DNA of 64,000 nucleotides from Promethearchaeota archaeon (GTDB taxonomy: Archaea; Asgardarchaeota; Lokiarchaeia; Sigyniarchaeales; SOKP01). Both the position numbers and the translations under genes were made by a program. The stretch is taken from the NCBI GenBank assembly GCA_048941015.1, contig JBHLNZ010000007.1, positions 17,731 through 81,730 of the forward strand. The letters run 5' to 3'. The notes beneath the pieces were generated by a model. That model saw only the letters and a list, made by a program, of their open reading frames with translations. It did no database searches and was not told where the DNA came from. Shown piece by piece: positions 39,292 to 49,601 of the stretch (positions within the stretch are counted from its first letter, which is position 1; each line of letters begins with the position of its first letter).

Positions 39292-40092
39292 ATGAAAGAA
39301 AGATTGGACTTACTTCTAGTAGAAAGAAGATTTGTTGAAAGTAGGACAAAAGCACAGTGGTTGATAAAAAATGGTTTTGTATATGTGAATGGGAAAAAGG
39401 TATTAAAACCTGGAAAAAAGGTGGATAATTTTAATGAGATATTATTAATAGAAGAATTTCCATATGTTGGTCGAGGTGGGTTAAAATTAGAAGCCGCCCT
39501 AAAGTATTTTTCAATTGAAGTTAAAGAGAAAGTCTGTGCTGATATTGGAGCAAGTATAGGTGGATTTACAGATTGCTTATTAAAACACGGAGCGAGAAGA
39601 GTTTATGCAATTGACACAGCAACAGACTTATTACACCCTTCTTTAAGATGTAATAAAGTTAAGGAAAAAGTAATTCCTTTATTAGGCGTTGATGCACGCA
39701 CTTTAGATACATTAAATGAAAAGATAGATGTAGTTACAATTGATGTCACTTTTGCTACAATAAAAAGTATTCTTCCAAATGTAAAGAACTATTTAAAAGA
39801 GAATGGAGATATCATCGTTTTAGTAAAACCTATTTTTGAAACAGATTTTTATCAAGAGGTTAAATTGGAAATAATAAGAGATTCAAAAAAATTATACGAT
39901 ATATTGATAGATTTATTAGAATGGTGTTGGAATAATGGATTAATTCTATATAAGATCTTAAAATCCCCACTTTTAGGAAAAGGAGGATCTATTGAATTTT
40001 TAATTCATTTAAAGATAAAAGGTCTAGATAAAATTAACTTTCATTCTCAAAAGCAATTAATCGAATTAGAATTTCAAAATGAAAAAAAATAA
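39292..40092 (+). CDS. tlyA: TlyA family rRNA (cytidine-2'-O)-methyltransferase
   Basis: S4 domain RLDLLL, YVGRGGLKL, DIGASIGGFTDCLL, DVTF, LVKP.FE. Confidence 0.92.
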   Translation: MKERLDLLLVERRFVESRTKAQWLIKNGFVYVNGKKVLKPGKKVDNFNEILLIEEFPYVGRGGLKLEAALKYFSIEVKEKVCADIGASIGGFTDCLLKHGARRVYAIDTATDLLHPSLRCNKVKEKVIPLLGVDARTLDTLNEKIDVVTIDVTFATIKSILPNVKNYLKENGDIIVLVKPIFETDFYQEVKLEIIRDSKKLYDILIDLLEWCWNNGLILYKILKSPLLGKGGSIEFLIHLKIKGLDKINFHSQKQLIELEFQNEKK

Positions 40093-40107
40093 TAATGTTC
40101 TAAAAAT

Positions 40108-41280
40108 TTAGGATTTTGGATATTCTTTAAATAGATTACCCCAATCAGTAAGCATAAATTTATTAATTCTTCGTTTTCCAATTGTAGGGTACCAAATCAT
40201 ATCATGATATATTTTAGATGCATAAGTAGGACCTAAAAAAAAGAGTTCACTTCGAAATAACGGATATAAAAATTGAAGAGGCCCCTTTCTTACCATTTGA
40301 TCCCCCCATATGACCAAACTGCGTCTAACTTTAAAATTCCAATCTATGTTTGAAACATCTTCTCCAATAATCTCAATTTGATCAACATCACCACAACCTA
40401 ATCCCTCATCATGAGCCATTTTTATCGCTGGTAATTTTAAAGGTTCAAAACCCATCAATTTTGCTACAATTGCATCAACAGCGACTTGATCATATCCAGC
40501 AAGTAAATAATTTTTAATTCGGGGAATCATTGTACGTGGCCCAGCTCCATCTCCACATACAGTTCCATCAACAATTGCCAATATAGATGGATGAATTTGT
40601 TTTTGAATAATTAATAAATCGACTAGTACTTCAGACATAAATTGGTGTGAAAAATGTCTCCTTTTGGTTAAGAGCCCTCCAAATGCGTTTTTCATCGCAC
40701 AAGTGATTCCTCCATGCTTAAGTACTCCTTCTGTATGTTTCAATGAACCTCCAATTGCACCTGTATGTCCATGTGTTTTCATTGTAGGCAAATGTATAAT
40801 AGGTTTCCCCACATAGAATTTAGGGATATTAAACCCTTCGGGAAATATTTTAGTATCAAGAGCAAATAATCGCTTATTTTTCAAATTTAAAAATTTTGAT
40901 CTAAGAGATTCATATGGGACAAATGGAATTCGGGTTAATGGTAGAAACCATACACCGTATTTTTTAATAATTGGAGCCCATTTATTTCCCTTTAAACCCA
41001 TTTCGATATTGGTGACAACAGTCCTATTTTCCGCTGTAAAAAGATTTTTTGGTTTATAATCATCATCTATCATAGTTTTAATTACTCCTTCCAGCTGCCA
41101 AGGAGGACTAGAACATGCGGGAAAGAATTTTGACCAACTTAAATTAAGTTTAATAATAATTTTGTTATTATGATTATAATATTGTTGATAATCTGCTAAA
41201 TGCATTAATCTACTATAATCTTTTAAAATGCTAATAGGTGAAGTTTTAACAACAAAAATGTTTGGTTTATTTCTTCTCAT
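40108..41280 (-). CDS. DUF362 domain protein
   Basis: KLNLSW..FFPACSS.PWQLEG, LPTMKTH, AMKNAFGG, DGAGPR, DQVAVDA. Confidence 0.85.
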   Translation of the reverse strand: MRRNKPNIFVVKTSPISILKDYSRLMHLADYQQYYNHNNKIIIKLNLSWSKFFPACSSPPWQLEGVIKTMIDDDYKPKNLFTAENRTVVTNIEMGLKGNKWAPIIKKYGVWFLPLTRIPFVPYESLRSKFLNLKNKRLFALDTKIFPEGFNIPKFYVGKPIIHLPTMKTHGHTGAIGGSLKHTEGVLKHGGITCAMKNAFGGLLTKRRHFSHQFMSEVLVDLLIIQKQIHPSILAIVDGTVCGDGAGPRTMIPRIKNYLLAGYDQVAVDAIVAKLMGFEPLKLPAIKMAHDEGLGCGDVDQIEIIGEDVSNIDWNFKVRRSLVIWGDQMVRKGPLQFLYPLFRSELFFLGPTYASKIYHDMIWYPTIGKRRINKFMLTDWGNLFKEYPKS

Positions 41281-41392
41281 TGAAGTTTAAAAGATTTAAT
41301 TATTTATCATTTTATCGGAATTTATTGAAAATAAAATAAACTATAAAAAGATTGAAAATAGAAAATTTAAGAGATTTTATATTGAAAGGAAT

Positions 41393-42463
41393 TTAATCTG
41401 AAATAAATTCCATTCCTTCATATGATTTCTCTTCATCTGCAAAAGGAAGGCAATACATATAATGTTCTCCTGTTTCTCCTCCTAAGGGGATTCTTACTGG
41501 ATCTTCTATACCGCATCCCTTATGTTTATCTTTTTCTGGACATCTTGGATGAAAAGGACATCCAATTGGAGGATTAATTGGACTTGGAACCTCGCCTTTT
41601 AAAATAATTCTATTTTTTCTTTGTGAAGGATCAAATGTAGGACGTGCAGATAGTAGAGCTTTTGTATATGGATGAGACGGATTCCTAAAAACATCTTCAA
41701 TAGTACCACCTTCAACAAATTTACCCAAATACATTACTGAAATTTTATCAGCGATATGTTGAACAACACTTAGGTCATGAGTGATGAACAAATAGGATAA
41801 TCCAAATTCTTGTTGTAAATCCCTTAATAGATTAAGAATCTGGGCTTGTACTGATACATCAAGAGCAGATGTAGGCTCATCTAAAATAATTATTTCAGGA
41901 TTACAAGCTAATGCTCTAGCAATTACTATTCTTTGCTTTTGTCCACCTGAGAATTCATGCGGATATCTATCTAGATGTTCGTTCTTCATTGATACGGTTT
42001 CTAGAAGTTCAAGCACTCTTCTTCTAATTTCTCTTCTCTTTTTCATTCCTTGTAATATTCTGAGAGGCTCTCCTATTATATTAACCACTTTCCAACGTGG
42101 GTTAAGAGAAGAATCAGGATCTTGAAAAACCATCTGAATACTTTTTCGTAATTTGTGAGTAAAATTCTCATCTATTCTTTTGCCCCTATAATATATCTCA
42201 CCTGATGTGGAGGGTACTAAATTCAAAATAGTATTTCCAATTGTCGTTTTACCACATCCACTTTCTCCAACTAAACCTAATGTTTCTCTTTTTCTAAGTT
42301 CAAAAGAAACTCCATCTACAGCTTTAACTTCACCAATTTTTCGTTTAAAAATACCGCCTAGGATTGGATAATATGTCCTTAAGTTTTTTACGGTTAGAAT
42401 AGTCTCTTTTTCACTGTCCATATCACTTACTTTTTCTTTAGAAATAGTCATTTTTTTTATCAT
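41393..42463 (-). CDS. oppF: oligopeptide/dipeptide ABC transporter ATP-binding protein (OppF)
   Basis: GESGCGKTT, FSGGQKQR, DEPT, HPYT, GCPFHPRC. Confidence 0.93.
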   Translation of the reverse strand: MIKKMTISKEKVSDMDSEKETILTVKNLRTYYPILGGIFKRKIGEVKAVDGVSFELRKRETLGLVGESGCGKTTIGNTILNLVPSTSGEIYYRGKRIDENFTHKLRKSIQMVFQDPDSSLNPRWKVVNIIGEPLRILQGMKKRREIRRRVLELLETVSMKNEHLDRYPHEFSGGQKQRIVIARALACNPEIIILDEPTSALDVSVQAQILNLLRDLQQEFGLSYLFITHDLSVVQHIADKISVMYLGKFVEGGTIEDVFRNPSHPYTKALLSARPTFDPSQRKNRIILKGEVPSPINPPIGCPFHPRCPEKDKHKGCGIEDPVRIPLGGETGEHYMYCLPFADEEKSYEGMEFISD

Positions 42464-42481
42464 TCCTCAATATTTAAATAA

Positions 42482-43753
42482 TTATACTTTGTATGATTCA
42501 AGATCTTCCTTTTTCTCCCATTCATATTTTGGTGAATCTTTATATTCGGGATCAAACAAATGACAAGCAACAAAATAATCTTCTCCAATTTCATTAAGTT
42601 TAGGTTTTACTTTATCGCAAATTTCGAGTCGATAATCGCATCTTGGATGAAATCTACAACCTGATGGAGGATATATTAAATTAGGGACCATTCCTCTGAT
42701 AGTTAGTAGTTTTTGGTTTTTCTTTTCAATACTTGGAATAGCTCCAATAAGACCTTTTGTATAAGGATGCCTTGGATTTTTAAATAGGTCATTAACGTAA
42801 GCATATTCTACAATATTTCCACTATACATAACAGCAACACGATCGCAAATATCAGCGATAATACCTAGATCATGAGTTATCATAAGAATTGAGGTTTTGA
42901 ATTTCCTTTTCAAATTTCTCATTAATTCAAGAATTTGAGCTTGAATAGTGACATCTAATGCTGTTGTTGGTTCATCTGCAATTAGTAAAACTGGATTGCA
43001 AGAGAGAGCCATAGCAATCATAACTCTTTGTCGCATGCCTCCACTTAATTCATGTGGATATCGTTTTAAGATTCCTTCGGCATCAGCAATACCAATTTCC
43101 TTTATAATTTGGGCTGATTTTTCTAAAGCTATAGATTCTATGTTTGGTTTATGAGATGTTGCTTTTTTTAATTCATGGATTTTACGTGTAAATTCCTTTT
43201 TTTCTTTCTCTGAGAGTGTGTTATTTTCTTCGCTTTCCTTTAATTCTTGCTCCAAATCTTTATATTCTTGAATGAGTCTCTCTCGCTCCATTAAGCGACT
43301 ATCTAAAACGCTCTGAAGTTCTTCCTTCTGATGCAGGTAAAATACTTCAGATACTTGCTTTCCTACACTCAATACCGGATTAAGAGAGTTTAAAGGATCT
43401 TGAAAAATCATTGTAATTCTACTACCACGATTTAATCGCATTTCTTCATCCGTTAAATCAAGTAAATTCACGCCTCTTAGCAATACTTTTCCTTCTATAA
43501 TCTTTCCAGGAGCTCTAACAAGTCTTATTATTGATAAAGCTGTTACTGACTTTCCACAACCAGTTTCACCAACTAGACCAAGGACCTCATCTTCAAAAAT
43601 TGTAAAAGATACCCCATCAACTGCCTTAACAACCCCTTCTTCAACAAAAAAATAAGTTTTAAGATTTTCTATTTTTAACAATGCTTTTGATTGTTTTTCA
43701 GGTGAGATTTGATTGTTTTTTTTTGGAAGTATCTGTTCTTCTTCTATAGTCAT
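42482..43753 (-). CDS. oppD: oligopeptide/dipeptide ABC transporter ATP-binding protein (OppD) with coiled-coil insertion
   Basis: GETGCGKS, LSGGMRQR, DEPTTALD, GCRFHPRC. Confidence 0.93.
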   Translation of the reverse strand: MTIEEEQILPKKNNQISPEKQSKALLKIENLKTYFFVEEGVVKAVDGVSFTIFEDEVLGLVGETGCGKSVTALSIIRLVRAPGKIIEGKVLLRGVNLLDLTDEEMRLNRGSRITMIFQDPLNSLNPVLSVGKQVSEVFYLHQKEELQSVLDSRLMERERLIQEYKDLEQELKESEENNTLSEKEKKEFTRKIHELKKATSHKPNIESIALEKSAQIIKEIGIADAEGILKRYPHELSGGMRQRVMIAMALSCNPVLLIADEPTTALDVTIQAQILELMRNLKRKFKTSILMITHDLGIIADICDRVAVMYSGNIVEYAYVNDLFKNPRHPYTKGLIGAIPSIEKKNQKLLTIRGMVPNLIYPPSGCRFHPRCDYRLEICDKVKPKLNEIGEDYFVACHLFDPEYKDSPKYEWEKKEDLESYKV

Positions 43754-43817
43754 TTTTATTTTTTCCTACAGTATTAATATTCTTAATTCTAATAATAAAG
43801 AAAATAAAAAAAAATAA

Positions 43818-44828
43818 TTAAAGGTTTTTCAATCGTGGATCTAACGCATCCCTTAATCCATCGCCAACTAACATAAAACCTAAAACTGTTATTAAAATCA
43901 TCATTCCTGGCCAAAATGCTGCCCAAGGTGCATCATACATACGAAGTCTTGCTTGATTTATGTCATTTCCCCATTCTATTAAAGTTGGATCGCTATATCC
44001 AAGAAATGCTAAACCTGCTAAGCTCAATATTATTCCTCCAATATCAAATGTAAATGAAATTATAATTGGTTGAATACAATTCGGTAATACATGTCTAAAC
44101 ATTATTCTCCAATTTCCCGCACCAGCTACTTTTGCTGCTTCTACATAGGGTAATTCTCTTGCTTGAATTACTGATCCTCTAATTAATCTGGAATAATAGG
44201 GCACCCCAAGAATACCATATGCTAACATGATATATTCCATTCTCTGGCCTAAAATCGCAACAAATACTAAAGCAAGAATCAATCCAGGAAAAGCAAGAAA
44301 CACATCCATAATTCTCATTATTACAGAATCTATCCATCCTCCATAAAATCCTGCAATTATGCCAAATATTACTCCTACTACTACACTGAATCCAATTGCG
44401 GGTAAAGCTATCGTCAGCGAAGATCTTGCTCCGTAGATCATTCTTGATAAAACATCTCTTCCAAATTTAGTTGTACCAAGCAAGTGTTCGGGAGAAGGAG
44501 GATCAAAAGTTCCAGGAAAAACTCCTGTTGCTTGACCTTCGTAATTGTAGGGAGCAATCCACTGGCCAAAAACTGCAAATGATATTACCACAAAAATAAT
44601 GGCAATTCCTATAATTGTAAGAACAGATTTCAGCCGTCTAATAAATTTTCTTTTACTTATTGTTTTTTCATATTCAAATTCTCTTCTTGATAGTTCTTCT
44701 AATCGAGAACCAGGAATAAAAAGAAATTTTAAATTTTTTACTACCCACAATAACACTTTTTTAATTAAACTTTCCTTTCTTTCTTCTTCTTCATAAGCTT
44801 CAAGTTCAATTTCTTTTAGTTCTACCAT
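43818..44828 (-). CDS. oppC: oligopeptide/dipeptide ABC transporter permease (OppC)
   Basis: HLLGT..GRDVLSR, EAA loop YVEAAKVAGA, GDGLRDALDPR. Confidence 0.93.
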   Translation of the reverse strand: MVELKEIELEAYEEEERKESLIKKVLLWVVKNLKFLFIPGSRLEELSRREFEYEKTISKRKFIRRLKSVLTIIGIAIIFVVISFAVFGQWIAPYNYEGQATGVFPGTFDPPSPEHLLGTTKFGRDVLSRMIYGARSSLTIALPAIGFSVVVGVIFGIIAGFYGGWIDSVIMRIMDVFLAFPGLILALVFVAILGQRMEYIMLAYGILGVPYYSRLIRGSVIQARELPYVEAAKVAGAGNWRIMFRHVLPNCIQPIIISFTFDIGGIILSLAGLAFLGYSDPTLIEWGNDINQARLRMYDAPWAAFWPGMMILITVLGFMLVGDGLRDALDPRLKNL

Positions 44829-44847
44829 AAATATTCACCATTTATTT

Positions 44848-45870
44848 TTAATATCTTATTCTTGGATCTATAAGACCATAAATAAGATCAGTTATTAAAT
44901 TAATAATTATGAAAGTGATAGTTGTTACGAATACAATAGCATTGAGAACCCAGTAATCTGTATTTTGAATTGCTGAAACTAGTAATTCCCCAATAGCATG
45001 TAAATTAAAGGTGGTTTCAGTGAGTACCGCTCCTGCTAATAATCCTCCAAAATTTAAACCTATTACTGTGACAGTGGGAATTAAAGCATTTCTACGGGCG
45101 TGAGAATTAATCACATCTTTTTCTTTACAACCTTTTGCTCGAGCGGTTCTGACATAATCTTGTTCTAATACCTCAAGCATACTCGAACGTGTCTGTCTCG
45201 TGATAGATGCTAGCGTAATAAAAGATAAACACATAATCGGTAAAAATAAATGATATAAGTAATCAAAAAGCAGATCAAACCTACCTGTTAATATGCAATC
45301 AATTATTCGAAAATTAGTAATTACGGTTGGGTCACCGATACCTGCTGTTTTAAACCCTACAGCAGGAAAAAGGTCAAGTCTGTATCCTAAAAAGTATTGA
45401 AGCAGCATTCCTAACCAAAATACAGGAATAGAAACACCTACAAGTGCAAATCCTCGAAAAATTGTGTCTTTAGCTTTATTTCTATGAGTAGAGGAAATGA
45501 CTCCTGTTTTTATTCCAACTAAAGATGCGATGATAATGGCAAATATAGCAATATCAAAAGTTCTTGTAAATCGACCCATTACTAAATCCCAAACGGGTGC
45601 ACCTCTGGCATATGAAACCGATACACCCCAATTACCTGTAAACAAATTTTGCAAATAAATAAAATACTGTTCAATAATCGGTCGATCCAGACCAAGCTGA
45701 TGTAGAGCAGCAGCGTATTGTTCTGCAGTAAAGCCATGTGATTCTCCGAGATATGCTACTACTGGATCACCGGGCATTAGTCTTGAAAGAATAAAGGTTA
45801 AAGTTAATACTCCAAATAGTACAGGAAGCAAAGCCAACAATCGTCTAAATATGTATTTTAATAAACTCAT
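44848..45870 (-). CDS. oppB: oligopeptide/dipeptide ABC transporter permease (OppB)
   Basis: PGDP, LGLDRP, QDYVRTARAKG, DLIYGLIDPRIR. Confidence 0.93.
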   Translation of the reverse strand: MSLLKYIFRRLLALLPVLFGVLTLTFILSRLMPGDPVVAYLGESHGFTAEQYAAALHQLGLDRPIIEQYFIYLQNLFTGNWGVSVSYARGAPVWDLVMGRFTRTFDIAIFAIIIASLVGIKTGVISSTHRNKAKDTIFRGFALVGVSIPVFWLGMLLQYFLGYRLDLFPAVGFKTAGIGDPTVITNFRIIDCILTGRFDLLFDYLYHLFLPIMCLSFITLASITRQTRSSMLEVLEQDYVRTARAKGCKEKDVINSHARRNALIPTVTVIGLNFGGLLAGAVLTETTFNLHAIGELLVSAIQNTDYWVLNAIVFVTTITFIIINLITDLIYGLIDPRIRY

Positions 45871-45951
45871 ATCCTATTTTATCACTTCAATTTATTTTAT
45901 TTTCTGGTAAGAAAATTAAACTTTTAAGATTTTTGTTAATTTCAATAAAAA

Positions 45952-46404
45952 TTACACTTTTTTTATTCTCTCTAAGTATCTTTTATATTGTTCTTTTGCA
46001 TATGATGCTAAAATTGCTGTAAATAAATTAATCCCGAAGAGGGTTAAAATTGTGATATATCCTTCAATCCGGATAAAATATCCTCCTATTATTGTGATAT
46101 CAAATCCATTTAAGAACCAATACCATATCCAGGACATAATAATAATAATTGGAGTAAGCCATATGCTATTTCTTATTCCATATTCAAAAAAATTTTCTCT
46201 GAAAACCATAATAAATACTATAAGAATTAAAATAATTAGAGATAGATATGAGGAAGGACTAAATAAGACTTGATATAAAAACACTAGTTCCTCATCAATA
46301 AATTTTGCATAAACATTACAAATATAACCAAAAAATACAAAATGGATTAGTAAAATTGCCATTATAAAATTTCCTTGACGACTAAAATCAATCTTAAATC
46401 TCAT
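45952..46404 (-). CDS. hypothetical four-TM membrane protein within opp operon
   Basis: Hydrophobic ORF, FRENFFEYGIRNS motif; 4-nt overlap with upstream gene. Confidence 0.7.
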   Translation of the reverse strand: MRFKIDFSRQGNFIMAILLIHFVFFGYICNVYAKFIDEELVFLYQVLFSPSSYLSLIILILIVFIMVFRENFFEYGIRNSIWLTPIIIIMSWIWYWFLNGFDITIIGGYFIRIEGYITILTLFGINLFTAILASYAKEQYKRYLERIKKV

Positions 46405-47273
46405 ACCAATTCCACCAAATTGATTTGTTTTAAATTAATTTCTCGGTTTATTTTATAAGTTTTCGGATCCTTATTAATTATTCTATTGTTTTCCCATATG
46501 TTTAGACTTACCATCTCTTCATTTTTATTTTGTAATAATTTTCTGTTATACCAAAAAACTTCAAGAATATCTTCAAATATTAAATATGGTATAAAAGTCA
46601 TATTCCGAATTTTCCTATTAGTTAAATTTTCAACTTTAATGGGGATAATTTCGGGATAATATTTTTGTTTTTTTTCCCTATAAATCTCTCTAATTTCAGT
46701 GGTTCCTCCTTTTTCAATTTGAAATTCGTTTTTTTCAATTTTTTCTTGAAAATATTTAATTATAACCTCACAATATTCAATTAATAAACTTCTCTGATCT
46801 TCAATGTTATTAAATTTATCTAATTGATGTAGATATTTACGATATAATACAAGAAATTCACGAAGGATAAAAGTAAATTCTTTGCTAAATAGGGCCCATT
46901 CTGGCTGTAAATTTAATGATTTCTCAAACCATTCATAAATTACGAGTTTATTTAATTCTCGATAAGTTATATCTTTATATTTACGTTTTGCATAATTGAT
47001 TAGGTTTTTAATACCGAAAGTATAAAAATTTTTAAAATTTATTTCGATATTATACTCCTCGAATAAAGGAATTAATTTATCTATATCAGGCAAAACCAGA
47101 TAGGTAGGTTTCCCATTTGTGACTTTATCAATCCTCATCGGAACTGGGAGTACTGGTATATTGAAAAGATCAGTACAAAACATATCAAAAAAAAATCCGA
47201 TGGGAGCAAGATCGTTTTTAAATGTCTTTAATTTTGTTGGAGGATTGATAATCGGACACATTAATATAACCAA
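46401..47273 (-). CDS. hypothetical soluble protein within opp operon
   Basis: 290-aa ORF, PIGFFFD...PVLPVPMRIDK; probable start MCPI. Confidence 0.7.
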   Translation of the reverse strand: MVILMCPIINPPTKLKTFKNDLAPIGFFFDMFCTDLFNIPVLPVPMRIDKVTNGKPTYLVLPDIDKLIPLFEEYNIEINFKNFYTFGIKNLINYAKRKYKDITYRELNKLVIYEWFEKSLNLQPEWALFSKEFTFILREFLVLYRKYLHQLDKFNNIEDQRSLLIEYCEVIIKYFQEKIEKNEFQIEKGGTTEIREIYREKKQKYYPEIIPIKVENLTNRKIRNMTFIPYLIFEDILEVFWYNRKLLQNKNEEMVSLNIWENNRIINKDPKTYKINREINLKQINLVELV

Positions 47274-47329
47274 AAAAAAATAATAGAAAAAAAAATAAAT
47301 ATTTAATTGATTTGATTTTAAAATTCAGC

Positions 47330-49387
47330 TTATGTTTCGAAATAAACAGGGTAGAAGTATAGCTTGCCAAAATTGTTATAGGGATATCCTTTTAACTGAG
47401 TGATATGAGCGTCATATTGATCTGCGCAATAACCATAAACCCAACCCATATCCTGTTCAATTAATAACTGTTGTATTCTAGTATACATTGCTTCTCTAAC
47501 ATCTGGATCAGCTTCTATAAGACCTGCCTCCATTAACAACTGAACATTATCCCATGTTTCGTATGGGTCTCTTGCAAGACCTGTTGGTGAATAAGGTCCA
47601 TCCCAACCTTCCCAAGTAGATGCATAAAATGCGCCTGAATCAAATGCAGCTGCAGCTTCTTCAGCTGCTCGGAATCCATCATATTGACCACCATTAGATG
47701 CGATTGATCTATTAGTAAATAATGGATTTATAAAGTTGCTAGGGTCATTATAATCTGGACCCCATCCAATCCAGTAGAGTTGCAACATATTTCTTTGTAG
47801 ATTTCCTACTTCATACAATCTGTAAATGAATTGCGTCCACGTCATACCAGCACCGGTTACTTGGATACCAAGTAAAGATAATTGATTGGTAACCATTGTT
47901 AAGATATCTTCTCTGAATTGATTTCCAATATTGTATGTGAAATTAACTATTCTAAATGGTCCTGGCGGTCTGGTTGCTGCGCGAGACCAATTATAGTTAT
48001 TGGTGGTATCATCTGTAGGATCATCTACTTCTCCATCATCATCCATATCAGGATCAACACCCCATGGAGTACCATATTCATCGAGTCCAAAACCCATAGA
48101 TTGCATGATCAGTCTTGCATGTGTAAGATTCGTTACAGGTTCTTGAGTTCCGGTCCAATTGGAATAAGTAATACCTTCTGGGATAGGTCCTTCACATCGT
48201 ACGGCATTACCCTCCCACCATTCTTCAACAATATAATCGTAATCAATGGCCCATGCTATCGCATTTTTCCAAGTTACATTCAGTAATATACTGTTCATAC
48301 CTAAGTATTGAACTACTAGCCCACCACCTGCGTATGGTAATTCTGTGCCAGGATCTGATCTAAAAGTATCATATAAAGAAGGTAATGGATCATCTACGAA
48401 GTGAACATCCCCAGCTAATAAAGCTTGGTTTCTGGCATTCGCATCATTTATAACTGAAAAAACTAATTTTTTCAATTGTGAAGCTCCTCTCCAGTAATCG
48501 GGGTTGTAATTAAAGACGACCTCTACACCATCTTCATAATGATCATACTCCCAAGGTCCAGTACCTAGAAAGCCAGAAGTTGATGTATCCATATAGTCTT
48601 CCCATAAAGTTTCAGCGCCCTCATCATCTAATGGGATAAAGATGTAAGAAGAGCTAAAGCTTAAGAGAGGAATAAATGGTTTATATTCCTTATTCAGAAT
48701 AAAGTCTATAACATATTCGCTAACAATGACAGTATCATTAATAATTGGTACTAAGCATGCATCCGCATATATACCGTCATATAATCGTGTGTTAGGCCAT
48801 TCATATAATTCTGCAACTTGAGTAACACCAACTGTGTCTGGAAGCGGGTTAGTCTCATATGTCGCGTTTAATAAAAAGGCTAACCTATCGAAAGAGTCTT
48901 TAACAGAAGTGGCATTAAACTTTCTTCCATCATGAAAAGTCGCATTTTGGATTAGGTTGAAGGTATATTTTACTTGAGTGGAACTCCATTGTAAATCAGT
49001 ATCACCAAGATCAGCAGGATCTTGACCATCACCATCACCATCAAAATATACGTCATAAGATCCGACAACTGTGGAAGTTATGGTTAATGGATTATCGGTT
49101 GCTAGATGAGGTCTTAATTCGTTAATATTATTTCCCGCAGTGTCCTGAAATTGAACTCTAAATAAACCCTCAGCGACTTGATCAATGACATCAATAGAAG
49201 CACTGTCCCAAGCTAAGTGGGGATCAAGATCGGATGGTCCTTCAGCGGTACCGTGTATAACGGTATCACCTAGACGGATACCTCCGCCCATTAAAAAGAC
49301 CACCACGCCACCAACAATAGCTGCAACAGCGATTATCGCAATTACTCCTACCGCGATTTGTGCTTTCCTTTCCATATTTTTAATCAC
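47330..49387 (-). CDS. oppA: oligopeptide/dipeptide ABC transporter substrate-binding protein (OppA, SBP family 5)
   Basis: N-terminal TM anchor, LDPH, EGL, FHDG, GTGPW, NPDYW, GWGPDYNDP. Confidence 0.9.
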   Translation of the reverse strand: MIKNMERKAQIAVGVIAIIAVAAIVGGVVVFLMGGGIRLGDTVIHGTAEGPSDLDPHLAWDSASIDVIDQVAEGLFRVQFQDTAGNNINELRPHLATDNPLTITSTVVGSYDVYFDGDGDGQDPADLGDTDLQWSSTQVKYTFNLIQNATFHDGRKFNATSVKDSFDRLAFLLNATYETNPLPDTVGVTQVAELYEWPNTRLYDGIYADACLVPIINDTVIVSEYVIDFILNKEYKPFIPLLSFSSSYIFIPLDDEGAETLWEDYMDTSTSGFLGTGPWEYDHYEDGVEVVFNYNPDYWRGASQLKKLVFSVINDANARNQALLAGDVHFVDDPLPSLYDTFRSDPGTELPYAGGGLVVQYLGMNSILLNVTWKNAIAWAIDYDYIVEEWWEGNAVRCEGPIPEGITYSNWTGTQEPVTNLTHARLIMQSMGFGLDEYGTPWGVDPDMDDDGEVDDPTDDTTNNYNWSRAATRPPGPFRIVNFTYNIGNQFREDILTMVTNQLSLLGIQVTGAGMTWTQFIYRLYEVGNLQRNMLQLYWIGWGPDYNDPSNFINPLFTNRSIASNGGQYDGFRAAEEAAAAFDSGAFYASTWEGWDGPYSPTGLARDPYETWDNVQLLMEAGLIEADPDVREAMYTRIQQLLIEQDMGWVYGYCADQYDAHITQLKGYPYNNFGKLYFYPVYFET

Positions 49388-49601
49388 TTAAAATTTTTGA
49401 ATTTTTTAATTTTTTTTAGATTTAAGGTGTTAAGTAATTTCTTAAATTTATAAACTTATAAGTTTTATCTTTTTTTTATAATACAAAATTAATATTAAAA
49501 ATAGACAATAATTTCAATATAAAATTTTAACTGAAGAAAATTATTAGATTTAAAAAATAATATTTTAGTTTGATATTGGAACCAATCTGAAGAATTTAAC
49601 A

